From Mobula hypostoma (Eukaryota): DNA of 64,000 nt. The DNA lies in the NCBI RefSeq assembly GCF_963921235.1, contig NC_086107.1:96288001-96352000 (forward strand), written 5' to 3'. This document shows positions 1 to 11,599 of the stretch, one piece after another. The translations under genes were made by a program, and so were the position numbers. The notes under the pieces were generated by a model. It ran no database searches. It saw nothing but the letters and a program-made list of their open reading frames with translations, and was not told the origin of the DNA. How positions within the stretch are numbered: position 1 is the stretch's first letter; each line of letters opens with the position of its first letter.

Positions 1-114
1 ACATATCAGAATGGGACTGGGATGTGGAATTAAAATTTGTGGCCACTGGGAGATCCTGCTTTCTCTGGCAGACAGAGCGTAGGTGTCAGCAAAGCGGTCT
101 CCCAGCCTGCGTCG
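1..114 (-). mobile_element. Penelope-like element GIY-YIG endonuclease fragment (runs off window start)
   Basis: Closely matches 7679-7793, which encodes the GIY-YIG C-terminus on the minus strand. Confidence 0.8.
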
Positions 115-1097
115 ATATCCATCAGGTCCTTTCTTCAGAGGCTTTTGGAGAACAAACTATTCGTTAAGGCAGAGAAGTGCAAGTTCCATGCCCATTCTGT
201 AAGTTTCCAGGGGTACTTCATTGAGAGCGGGCAAGTGAGGGTGGATCCCGAAAAGATCCCGGCGGTGGCACAGTGGCCAAAACCCACTACGCTCAAGCAA
301 CGTCAGCGATTTCTGGGGTTTGCAAACTTCTACTGTCGCTTCAGCAGGGATTACAGCCGGGTGGCAGCGCTCCTTACTCAACTCACCTCTCCTGCGACCC
401 TTTATCACTGGACGCCGGAACGGACTCAGCCTTCTCGGAGCTGAAGAGGCGTTTCACCCCCGCTCCCACCCTGGTCCAACCTGACCCCTCTTGCCAATTC
501 AATGTGGAACTTGACGCCTCCAACTTTGGGGTGGGAGAGGTCCTCTCCCAACGCTCCGGCACAGACCAAAAACTCCATCCCTGCGCCGCCTTCTCTCGCC
601 GTCTATCCCCCGCCAAATGGAACGATGTTAGGAACCGGGAGTTGCTGGCCATCAAACTCGCCTTGGAGGAGTGGAGGCACTGGCTGGAGGGAGTTGAACA
701 TCCCTTCATTGTCTGGACAGACCTTAAGAGCCTGGCATACATCCAAACCGCTGGACACCTTAATTCCCGCCAAGCCCGATGGGCATTATTTTTTGGCTGT
801 TTCAAATTCACCCTCACCTATCCTCCTGGTTCCAAGAATGGGAAGCCAGATGTTATCTCTCGTCAATATGTTTCCGAGGAGAGCCTTCCCAACCCTGATA
901 CCATCCTGTGTTGTGGCTGCCCTCACTTGCGAGATCGAATCCATAGTCAAAAAGGCCCAACGGACCCAATCTGACCCAGGCAATGGACCCCCCAATCACT
1001 TCTTCGTGCTTGTCTCTGTTTGGTCTCAGGTTCTCCAGTGGGGGCATAGTTCTCGTTTCGCCTGCCATCCCGGAATCGATCGAACTCTGTCCCTTCT

Positions 1098-4000
1098 TTT
1101 GGATCGGGATAACAGAGTGGTGTGGGAGCTGAAATTCTGAAGTAAGGCAGTTTTTTAAAAAACTTCTTCGAGTGCAAGAAGAAGGAGACTGCACAGGCGC
1201 GTGATGTAACAGGACAGAGTGGAGCGTTTAAAAAGGGGACCACCCTATACAGCGGGCAGCTGTCGGAGCGGGCAGCGCAGTGAGTGGTAGCAGAGTGTAG
1301 GGCTTTGGCTTCAACGGGCTTCGGCGGTGACGGGAAGAGGAAAGAGCGAGGAACCAACTCTTTGTTCCCCCACTCCCCTTGGCGAATCAGCCCGGACAGA
1401 CAGGATCAGCAGGGCTCACACAGCTAACGGTACGAACTAACAGTTTAAAAAGTTCATCTGTTTGGCAAGGTAAGTGGGTGAGTAGACTTATTATTTTTCC
1501 TGTTTCATTCCTGTAGAATTAGCTAGCATGCCTGCAGGGTTAGTGCTATGTTCAGGGTGTCAGATGTGGGAATCCTGCAAGACCTCCAGCCTCCCTGATG
1601 GCCACATCTGCGCCAGGTGCACCGAGATGCAGCTCCTCAGAGACCGTGTTAGGGATCTGGAGCTGCAGCTTGAGGACCTACTGCTTATCAGGGAAAGTGA
1701 AGAGGTGATAAACAGGAACTACAGGGAGGTAATCATCCCTAGGCTACAGGGGTCAGAAAATTGGGTGACTGTCAGGAGAGGGAAGGAAAATGCCCGGAGA
1801 GTGGAGAGCACACCTGTGGCTGTCCCCCTCCGCATCTTGTTCTGGATGCTGTTGAGGGGGATGACCTGACAGGGGACGCCCATAGTGACCGGGTCTCTGT
1901 CACTGAGCCTGGCGCTGTTGTGCAGGAGGGAAGGAGGGAGAAGAGGAATGCAGTAGTCATAGGGGATTCCATAGTCAGGGGAATGGACAGGAGATTCTGC
2001 GAGCCTGATAAGAGATACCCGCATGGTGTGTTGCCTCCCAGGTGCCAGGATACAGGATGTCTCGGATCGGGTCCAGACTATTCTGAAGGGAGGAGGGCGA
2101 GCAGCCAGTTGTCTTGGTACATGTTGATACCAATGACATAGATAGGATAAGGGAGGAGGTCTTGAAGAGAGATTTCTGGGAGTTAGGAAGGAAGCTGAGA
2201 AGCAGGACCTCCAGGGTAGTAATCTTGAGATTGCTACCTGTGCCATGTGCTAGCGAGGGCAAGAACAGTAGGATCAGGCAGATGAATGCGTGGCTGAGAC
2301 TGGAGCAGGGGGCAGGGCTTCAGATTCTTGGATCATTGGGATCTCTTCTGGGGGAAGTATGACCTGTTCAAAATAGACAGGTTACACCTGAACCTGAAGG
2401 GGACCAATGTCCTGGCGGGAAGGTTTAATAGAGCTATTAGGGAGGATTTAAACTAATTTGGCAGGGGGATGGGAACCGGAATGATAGAGCGGAGGAAGGT
2501 GAAAACAGAAATAAATCTAAGATATTGAGCAGTAAAGATGTCAGGAAAGATGGGCAGGTGATGGGGCAAATTTGCAGCCATTGGGACGAGTTGCAGTGCA
2601 ATAAAGTTGCAGTGAAATCAAAGCGAAAAGTACCAAATACTGGTCTTAAGGTGTTATACTTAAATGCACGCTGGCTAAAGGATGCATGTCTCTGGGAGCT
2701 GAACATCCAAGGATACACGGTGTATTGGAAGGATAGGAAGCTAAGCAGAGGGGGAGGTGTGACTTATTGGTAAGAAATGATATTAAATCATTAGAAAGAG
2801 GTGATATAGGATCGGAAGGTGCAGAATCTTTATGGGTTGAGCTAAGAAATCGAAGGGGTAAAAGGACCCTGATGGCAGTTATATATAGGCCTCCAAACAG
2901 CTGCAGTGATGTGGACTACAAATTACAACAGGAAATAGAAAAGGCTTGTCAGAAGGGCAGTGTTATGATAATTGTGGGGAACTTTAACATGTGAGTGGAT
3001 TGGGCAAATCAGGTCGGCACTGGATCTCAGAGAGAGAATTTGTAGAATGTCTGCGAGATGGCTTTTCAGAATAGCTTGTTGTTGAGCCCATTAGGGGATC
3101 GGCTGTACTGGATTGGGAGTAAAGGAAATTGTAGTGGCATGAGAGAGGAACTGGCCAAAGTTGACTGGAAAGGGACACTGGCGGGAAGGACGACAGAGCA
3201 GCAATGGCTGGAGTTTATGCGAGAAGTGAGGAAGGTGCAAGACAGGTATATTCCAAAAAAGAAGAAATTTTTGAATGGAAAAAGGATGCAACCGTGGCTG
3301 ACAAGAGAAGTCAAAGCCAAAGTTAAAGCAAAGGAGAGGGCATACAAGGAAGCAAAAATTAGTGGGAAGACAGAGCATTGGGAAGTTTTTAAAAGCTTAC
3401 AAAAGGAAACTAAGAAGGTCATTAAGAGGGAAAAGATTAACTATGAAAGGAAGCTAGCAAATAATATCAAAGAGGTTACTAAAAGCTTTTTCAAGTATCT
3501 AATGAGTAAAAGACAGGTGAGAGTAGATATAGGACCGATAGAAAATGATGCTGGAGAAATTGTAATGGGAGATAAGGAGATGGCGGAGGAACTGAACGAG
3601 TATTTTGCATCAGTCTTCACTGAGGAAGACATCAGCTGTATACCGGACACTCAAGAGTGGCAGGGAAGAGAAGTGTGCGCAGTCACAATTATGGCAGAGA
3701 AAGTACTCAGGAAGCTGAATAGTCTAAAGGTAGATTAATCTCCCAGACCAGATGGAATGCACCCTCGTGTTCTGAAGGAAATAGCTGTGGAGATTGTGGA
3801 AGCATTAGCGATGATCTTTCAAAAGTCGATAGATCCTGGCATGGTTCCAGAGGACTGGAAGATCGCAAATGTCACTCCACTATTTAAGAAGGAGGCAAGG
3901 AAGCAAAAAGGAAATTATAGACCTGTTAGCTTGACAGTCGATTGTCAAGGATGAGGTTACAGAGTACCTAGTGGTATATGACAAGATAGGCAGAACTCAG

Positions 4001-5870
4001 CGTGGTTTCCTTAAAGGAAAATCCTGCCTGACAAACCTATTACAATTTTTTGAGGAAATTACAAGTAGGCTAGACAAGGGAGATGCAGTGGATGTTGTAT
4101 ATTTGGATTTTCAGAAGGCCTTTGACAAGGTGCCACACGAGGCTACTTAACAAGAGCCCATGGAATTACGGGAAAGTTACAAACGTGTATGGAGCGTTGG
4201 CTGATTGGCAGGAAACCAGCGGGAATAAAGGGATCCTATTCTGGTTGGCTGACGGTTACCAGTGGTGTTCCACAGGGGTCCGTGTTGGGGCCGCTTCTTT
4301 TTACGTTGTACATCAACGATTTGGATTATGGAATAGATACTTTATACTTCATACTTTATTGTCACCAAACAATTGATACTAGAATGCACAATCATCACAG
4401 CGATATTTGATTCTGTGCTTCCCACTCCCTGGATTACAAATATTAAATATTTAAAAAAGTAAAAATTAGTAAATATTTAAAAACTAAATTATAAATCATA
4501 AATAGAAAATAGAAAAATGGAAAGTAAGGTAGTGCAAAAAAACTGAGAGGCAGGTCCGGATATTTGGAGGGTACGGCCCAGATCTGGGTCAGCAGTCTTA
4601 TCACAGTTGGAAAGAAGCTGTTCCCAAATCTGGCTGTATGAGTCTTCAAGCTCCTGAGCCTTCTCCCCAAGGGAAGAGGGACGAAAAGTGTGTTGGCTGG
4701 GTGGGTTGTGTCCTTGATTATCCTGGCAGCACTGCTCCGACAGTGAAAGTGAATCCACGGACAGAAGATTGGTTTGTGTGATGTGCTGCGCCGTGTTCAA
4801 GATCTGCAGCTTCTTTCGGTCTTGGACAGGACAACTTCCATAACAGGTTGTGATGCACCCTAGAAGAATGCTTTCTACTGTGCATCTATAAAAATTAGTG
4901 AAGGTTTTAGGGGACAGGCCAAATAGATGGCTTTGTAGCTAAGTTTGCTGATGATACGAAGATAGGTGGAGGGGCTGGTAATGCTGAGGAAATGGAGAGT
5001 CTGCAGAAAGACTTGGATAGATTGGAAGAATGGGCAAAGAAGTGGCAAATGAAATACAATGTTGGAAAGTGTATGGTTATGCACTTTGGCAGAAGAAATA
5101 AACGGGCAGACTATTATTTAAATGGGGAGAGAATTCAAAGTTCTGAGATGCAATGGGACTTGGGCGTCCTCGTACAGGATACCCTTAAGATTAACCTCCA
5201 GGTTGAGTCGGTAGTGAAAAAGGCGAATGCAATGTTGGCATTCATTTCTAGAGGAATAGAGTATAGGAGCAGGGATGTGATGTTGAGGCTCTATAAGGTG
5301 CTGGTGAGACCTCACTTGGAGTACTGTGGGCAGTTTTGGTCTCCTTATTTAAGAAAGGATGTGCTGACGTTGGAGAGGGTATAGAGAAGATTCACTAGAA
5401 TGATTCCAGGAATGAGAGGGTTAACATATGAGGAACGTTTGTCCGCTCTTGGACTGTATTCCTTGGCGTTTAGAAGAATGAGGGGAAACCTCATAGAAAC
5501 ATTTCAAATGTTGAAAGGCATGGACAGAGTGGATGTGGCAAAGTTGTTTCCCATGATGGGGGAGTCTAGAACAAGATGGCATGACTTAAGGATTGAAGGG
5601 TGCCCATTCAGAACAGAGATGTGAAGAAATTTTTTTAGCCAGAGGGTGGTGAATTTATGGAATTTGTTGCCACGGGCTGCAGTGGAGGCCAAGTCATTGG
5701 GTATATTTAAGGCAGAGATTGATAGGTATCTGAGTAGCCAGGGCATCAAAGGTTACGGTGAGAAGGTGGGGGAGTGGGACTAAATAGGAGAATGGATCAG
5801 CTCATGATAAAATGGTGGAGCAGACTCGATGGGCCGAATGGCCAACTTCTGCTCCTTTGTCTTATGGTCT
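1098..5870 (+). mobile_element. Near full-length CR1 LINE, degenerate
   Basis: ORF1 from 1528 with CxxC...CxxC, coiled coil and VVIGDSIVR (SGNH esterase). ORF2 has YLNAR, IYRPP, GVPQGSVLGPLLF, KFADDTK, RPHLEYC. TCTTATGGTCTT tail. CTTCT at both junctions (1093-1097, 5869-5873). Confidence 0.93.
4339..4921 (-). mobile_element. 5'-truncated Rex1/Babar-type LINE 3' end inserted in the CR1 RT
   Basis: Minus-strand GRRLRSLKTHTARFGNSFFPTVIRLL; AATAAA followed by a short tandem tail; TSD AATAGAT at 4332-4338 and 4922-4928; CR1 reads INDLDYGID|GFVAKFADD across the insertion. Confidence 0.85.
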
Positions 5871-7080
5871 TCTGAAAAGACATTTCTGGTGGCCCACCAT
5901 GGATGCTGACACTCGCTCCCTCGTCTCTGCCTGTTCCGTGTGTGCCCGCGGAAAAGCCTTCCATCGACCACCTGCTAGGTTACTTCATCCCCTACCTGTC
6001 CCTAGTCGCCCTTGGTCCCACATTGCTCTGGATTTTGTTACTGGACTACTCCCTTCACATGGTAACACTGCTGTACTCACCGTGGTGGACTGTTTCTCCA
6101 AAGCCGTGCACTTCATAGCCCTTCCCAAACTCCCTGCAGCCCATGAAACAGCCAACCTCCTTGTCCAACACGTCTTCTGCCTTCATAGAATTCCCTCTGA
6201 CATTGTTTCTGACCAGGGCCTCCAATTCATCTCTCAAGTCTGGAGATCCTTCTGTCAAGCCCTTGGAGCCTCAGTAAGTCTGTCTTCTGGTTTCCATCCA
6301 CAGACTAACGGTCAAATGGAACGAACAAACCAGGATTTGGAAGCAGCACTGCGCTGCATGTCCGCCAACAACCCGTCATCTTGGGGCACCCATCTCACTT
6401 GGGTGGAGTACGCCCACAATCCCTGCTCAGCACCGCCACCAGAATGTCTCCCTTTGAATGCTCCCTCAACTATCAACCCCCTCTGTTTCCTGCCCATGAA
6501 GATGACATTGCTGTGCCTTCAGTTCAGGCCCATCTACGCTGGTGCCACAATATCTGGAAGGGTGCACGCACGGTCCTGCTCCACTCAGCTGACCGCAACT
6601 GGAGGGCTGCCGATCTCTATCGAATTCCTGGGCCCAACTATCGGCCTGGTCAGAAGGTTTGGCTCCCTTCAAAAGACATCCCCCTCAAGAATGAACCCAA
6701 GAAACTCGCCCCTCATTACCTCGGACCATTCGAAATTGAGAGCATCATTAACCCCTCGGTGGTCAAACTCAAACTGCCCAGATCCATGCACATTCATTCC
6801 ACGTCTCCCAACTGAAACCTGTGTCTGTCAGCCCTTCGTGCCCTCCTGCTGAACCTCCTCCACCCGCCCAGATCATTGACACTACCCAACTTACACTGTC
6901 CGGCGAATACTGGATGTGTGCCGACGAGGCAGGGGTCTCCAGTACCTGGTTGATTGGGAGGGATATAGTCCTGAGGAGCGCACTTGGATTCCCCATTCCT
7001 TCATCTTGGACCCTTCCCTCATCCGAGATTTCCATCGAGACAATCCGGACAAGCCTGGTGGTTCACCTGGAGACTTCCAT
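5871..7080 (+). pseudogene. Gypsy integrase plus chromodomain, frameshifted
   Basis: ORFs 5812..6852, 6381..6815 and 6916..7119 carry rve DDE, GPF and chromo motifs. Confidence 0.88.
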
Positions 7081-7223
7081 TGGTGGGGGGAGGGGTACTG
7101 TCACGGTCCCGACCTTTAATTACGCAAACAACAGGAATTCTGCAGATGCTGGAAATTCAAGCAACACACATTAAAGTTGCTGGTGAACGCAGCAGGCCAG
7201 GCGGCATCTCTAGGAAGAGGTAC

Positions 7224-7259
7224 AGTCGACGTTTCAGGCCGATACCCTTCGTCAGGACT
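7224..7259 (-). ncRNA. Minimal type I hammerhead ribozyme
   Basis: Minus strand reads AGTC-CTGACGA-AGG-GTATCGG-CCT-GAAA-CGTC-GACT. Confidence 0.82.
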
Positions 7260-8039
7260 AACTGAAGGAAGAGTTAGTAAGAGATTTGAAAGTGGGAGGG
7301 GGAGGGGGAGATCGAAAATGATAGGAGAAGACAGGAGGAGGAGGAATGGAGCCAAGAGCTGGACAGGTGATTGGCAAAAGGGATATGAGAGGATCATGAG
7401 ACAGGAGGTTCGGGGAGAAAGACGGGGGGGTGGGAAACCAGAAGATGGGCAAGGCGTATAGTCAGAGGGACAGAGGGAGAAAAAAGGAGAGAGAGAGAAA
7501 GAATGTGTGTATAAAAATAAATAATGGATGGGGTATGAGGGGGAGGTGGGGCATTAGCGGAAGTTAGAGAAGTCGATGTTCATGCCATCAGGTTGGAGGC
7601 TACCCAGATGGAATATAAGGTGTTGTTCCTCCAACCTGAGTGTGGCCTCATCTTTACAGTAGAGGAGGCTGTGGATAGACATGTCAGAATGGGAATGGGA
7701 TGTGGAATTAAAATGTGTGGCCACTGGGAGATCCTGCTTTTTCTGGCGGACAGAGCGTAGGTGTTCAGCTAAGCGGTCTCCCGGTCTGCGTCGGGTCTCG
7801 CCAATATATAGAAGGCCACATCGGGAGAACTGGACGCAGTATATCACCCCAGCCGACTCACAGGTGAAGTGTCGTCTCACCTGGAAGGAACCTCCTGTCC
7901 CATGATCCTCTCATATCCCCTTTGCCAATCACCTGTCCAGCTCTTGGCTCCATCCCTCCCCCTCCTGTCTTCTCCTATCATTTTTGATCTTCCCCTCCCC
8001 CTCCCACTTTCAAATCTCTTACTAACTCTTCCTTCAGTT

Positions 8040-8075
8040 AGTCCTGACGAAGGGTCTCGGCCTGAAACGTCGACT
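8040..8075 (+). ncRNA. Minimal type I hammerhead ribozyme
   Basis: AGTC-CTGACGA-AGG-GTCTCGG-CCT-GAAA-CGTC-GACT: CUGAnGA and GAAA core, stem I AGTC/GACT, predicted cleavage after GUC at 8071. Confidence 0.85.
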
Positions 8076-8859
8076 GTACCTCTTCCTAGAGATGCTGCCT
8101 GGCCTGCTGTGTTCACCAGCAACTTTGATGTGTGTTGCCCGACCTTTAATTCCCCATTTTCTTTCTCCTAATTTCCTTTGATGACAGCACACCTGGTTTT
8201 CATCAAGACCTGAAGTATAAGAACCCCGGCTTTGCACCCACTAGTTGCCAGATCGTTGGTTTTGCCAGTGTGGTATTTAATGTTTCCCAGCTGCTTAGGA
8301 ATGTGTGTTCTAAGTTCTACTCCAGTTCCGAGGTTTACCTGTGAAACTCAGTCTCTCTGTGTCAAGATAAGTATTCTGTATTCCTTCAGCACCGAGGTTT
8401 ACCTGTGTAGCTCCGTCTCTCTGTGCTAAGAAAAGTTTTGTCTGCCGCTTTCCTTTCTGCGCTCCATGTCAAGATAAGTTCTGCCTGCGTCCTGCTTTCC
8501 TGATCTCCCTCCTGTTTGCCGTTTGCTCACGCCGGCGTCTGCATCCTAACTCAATCTCTGTGCCTGTGTCCTGCATTTGGGTTCACCTCGTTTGTTGCAA
8601 CATCTTTGGCACAGGAATGATGGTTGCTGCCTTGAAAACCCAGAAGATTTGAGAAGTTCGAGCCAAGTGTCGCTCCCTGGAAGAAGGATCATCAGCTGGG
8701 CTGAGTTGGAGAGAATGATGGAGCTCAGAGGCAGGAAGATTGATTCAATGTCTCAAACCCCTGTCCATCCCCACTAACTTCATATAGGGGTGGAGCCTGG
8801 GTCACCAAGCTGTCAGAATTATGAATCCTCCCCACCAGGGGGACCCGAGACCTTAGTTA

Positions 8860-11200
8860 TGTAACTATCACTTGGTGGTTAGGGAGGTGGGAACATGCAA
8901 AAAGTTAATACTCTGTTGGACACAGATGCTGAAACGTCAGTTATAAGTGGATCAGTATCAGCTGTCCGTTGCAAATAGAGGGGTTTAGGAGGGAAGGTAG
9001 GAGAAGCACGGGGAACGATGGGCTGAATGGTTCCTGGGTACCGACCACCATTGGAAGCTGGAGTACTGATAGCTCCATTACCTGAACATATAATTGGAAC
9101 GGATGTACTGCGGGGACAGAGAGTGTAGACCAGTTTGGGAAAGTTCACACGTGGCATTTTAAAAGCAAGTGTTTTCATGGGATTAATGAAGTGGGAGTCC
9201 CTTACAACACAGCTACCTGATGCCATGGTTGGTCTGAAGCAGTATTGAATATGAGGACATTCGGAGGTCTCAGATACCATCACACAGTTGTTAAAAGAAG
9301 GTGTGATCAGGCAAGCAACCTCGGGGTAGACCAGTTCTGTTGGCCAGTCAAGAAATCAGACAGCAGCGGGAGGATGACCATTGATTTATCACCAGCTAAG
9401 TATTCACACTTCTCCATTATCTGCTGCTGTCCTGCCTGCACATCTGAAAACTGGTTTACGGACAGCCAGCTCGGCTCCAGTCGCTGGAAAGCCAGTGTCC
9501 AGGGGTGGACAGCTGTTGCTGCTGCTGCTGAACCTCGTCACAGAACGTTTTGCAGCAGCAGGGAGAAGGCATTTCCAGCCAGGGGATTGAACTGGTAGTA
9601 GTCACCTCGCAGCATAAAACGGATCAGCTGCACATATACACAGACTCTTGGGCAGAGGCAATTGGGATGTCTGTGTGGTTGGCAGAGTGGCAGATAGAGG
9701 GAAAGCCGTTGTGGGGGTCAGCCACTCTGGGGACAAGATCTGGTTTTCTTGCAGATGCCCAGCATGGAGATCCCCCCCTCTGTCTACTACCTATAACCAT
9801 ATAACAATATAACACCTTTAATAGTGAAGTGGAACAGTTAGCATGAGTAAACTAGATTAACGCCCCAGAATACTGTGAGATGGGGCAATGGGCACATCAA
9901 ATGCTAGTCATCTGCAGAAGGGTGTGCATGGTACAATTGAGGGGGCTAAGTGACGAGGTGCCACGGGGATCAGTGCTGGGTCCATTGATATTTGTCATCC
10001 GTATCAATGATCTGGGGGTGTAATGTGGTTAACTGGATGGGCACCAAGATTGGGGATGTAGTGAAGTGGACAGCAAGGAAGACTATCATGGCTTGCAGTG
10101 GCATGTAGACCAGCTGGAAAAATGGGCTGAAAATGGCAGATGGCATTTAATGCAGACAACTGTGAGGTGTCGCACTCTGGTAGGACCAATCTGGGTAGGT
10201 CATACACAATCAACTGTAGGTTTTATACAAAAATATAGGTCTGTAATTTTCTGAAAGTGACATCACAGGTTGATAGGGTTGTAAAGAAAGCTTTTGGCTC
10301 ACTGGCCTTCATAAATCAAAGTATCGAGTACAGGATATGGGAGATTATGTTGAAGTTGTATAAGACATTTGTGAACCCTAATTAGGAGAGTTGTGCGCGG
10401 TTTTGATTACCTACCTACAGGAAAGATGTAAATAAGGTTGAAAGAGTGCAGTAAAAATTTACAAGGATGTGCCAGGACTGGAGGACCTGAGTTATAAGGA
10501 AAGATTGAATATGTTAGGACTATACTCCTTGGAGCTTAGAAGATTGAGGGGAGATTTGATAGGGGTACACAACATTATGAAGGGTATAGATAGGGTAAAT
10601 GTAAACAAACAGACTTTTCCACTGAGGCTGTGTGGGACTGCAACTAGAGGTCATGGGTTAAGGGTGAAAGGTGAAATGTTTAAGGGATGCATGAAGGGAA
10701 ACTTCTTCAGTCAGAGGGTGGTGGTGAGAGTGTGGAACAAGCTGCCAGCACAAGTGGTGCATGCGAGCTCGATTTCAATGCTGAAGAGAAGTTTGGAGTG
10801 GATAGGTACATGGGTGGTAGAGGTATGGAGGGCTGTGGTCCTGTGGAGGGCAGGTTGATGGGAGTAGACAGTTTAAATGATGGACCAGAGGGCCTGTTCC
10901 TGTGCTGTACTTTTCATATGCCAGGTATGGCAGATTGATTATACCAGACCCCTGCCAGAGTAGCAATGATTTAAATACTTGTAGACACCTATTCAGGTTC
11001 CAACAGCAATTTCTAAAGCATTCACTGGCTGTATCGTGTACCCTATCCCCTGCCCCCCAAGCATCAGGACTGATCGAAAGGATGAATGGACTTTTAAAAC
11101 AACAGATTCATTTATGGACACCACACCACACCTTGACTGTACTATCCCAAGTTTTGTACAACCTGAACAACAGACCTTTATTCCAAGGATCACTGAAGAC
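8860..11200 (+). mobile_element. Degenerate class III (ERV-L-like) endogenous retrovirus pro-pol remnant, split by a CR1 fragment
   Basis: GGGNMQKVNTLLDTDAETSVISG (protease, ~8883-8951); WPVKKSDSSGRMTID (RT N-terminus); NWFTDS and HIYTDSWA...GKPLWG (RNase H); WQIDYTRPLP (~10928) and PQASGLIERMNGLLK (integrase). Confidence 0.72.
9950..10918 (+). mobile_element. 5'-truncated CR1 3' fragment
   Basis: VPRGSVLGPL and MPGLEDLSYKERLNMLGLYSLELRRLRGDLI; CR1-type 3' UTR GGGCCTGTT...GTGCTGTA. Confidence 0.88.
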
Positions 11201-11599
11201 CAGGTTGATCAAGTGTACCTCAGGATTCGAGGAGGAAACACACTGAAAAAAAAGCTCCCACGTCAGCAGAGAACATTCCAAATTCTCCAGTTTGCAAGGG
11301 GGAGATTGTAGCAAACGAAGACGGTAACACTTCACTGGGTTTCAGTACAAAGGAAAGGTCATCTGTTTAAACAGGAGAAATTAACCAAATGAGAATCATT
11401 TAAATCTTTGTAAAACTGATTATAATAACAGACTTCATTTTTCTCAGGTGAAAATAGCCATCCTGGAATTAATCTTGTCAAAGGCATGGACCTTCCCTGA
11501 GTAAAGGTCACCGTCTGGTTGTGCAGTGAAAAAACATACAAAGACCTGCTATGCAAGAAGAAGCGGTCCTCTTGTGTGACACATTGAAATGTATCAGTG

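Larger units (their letters stand above)
7122..8137 (-). mobile_element. Penelope-like element with inverted pseudo-LTRs flanking a GIY-YIG fragment
   Basis: ORF 7554..7880(-) VIYCVQFSRCGLLYIGET...RLEEQHLIF...GMN; inverted arms about 7162-7410 and 7889-8137; 14 bp TSD CCCGACCTTTAATT at 7108-7121 and 8138-8151. Confidence 0.9.
115..8602 (+). mobile_element. Ty3/Gypsy chromovirus-type LTR retrotransposon, 3' half (RT end, RNase H, integrase, chromodomain, PPT, 3' LTR), interrupted by a CR1 and a PLE
   Basis: Motifs [20 protein letters not shown] and [19 protein letters not shown] (RNase H); [18 protein letters not shown]...CSVC (integrase Zn finger); [37 protein letters not shown] (chromodomain). 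Purine tract at about 7082-7095 precedes TG at 7099. Confidence 0.92.
7099..8602 (+). repeat. Gypsy 3' LTR (TGTCAC...TGCAACA), split by the PLE at 7122-8137
   Basis: Starts right after the PPT and ends in CA at 8602; contains an internal ~50 bp tandem duplication (8328-8380 / 8392-8440). Confidence 0.7.

Noticed and set aside
6916..7119. Chromodomain ORF as a host CBX/HP1 gene
   Set aside because: It is the C-terminus of the Gypsy integrase, directly before the PPT and LTR
7177..7461. Recurrent ORF MLVNAAGQAASLGRGTVDVSG (also 7877, 16856) as a small protein family
   Set aside because: It is an incidental frame in the antisense of near-identical pLTR copies
8328..8480. Spaced repeats resembling a CRISPR array
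   Set aside because: Only 2-3 degenerate units inside an LTR, in eukaryotic context, with no cas genes
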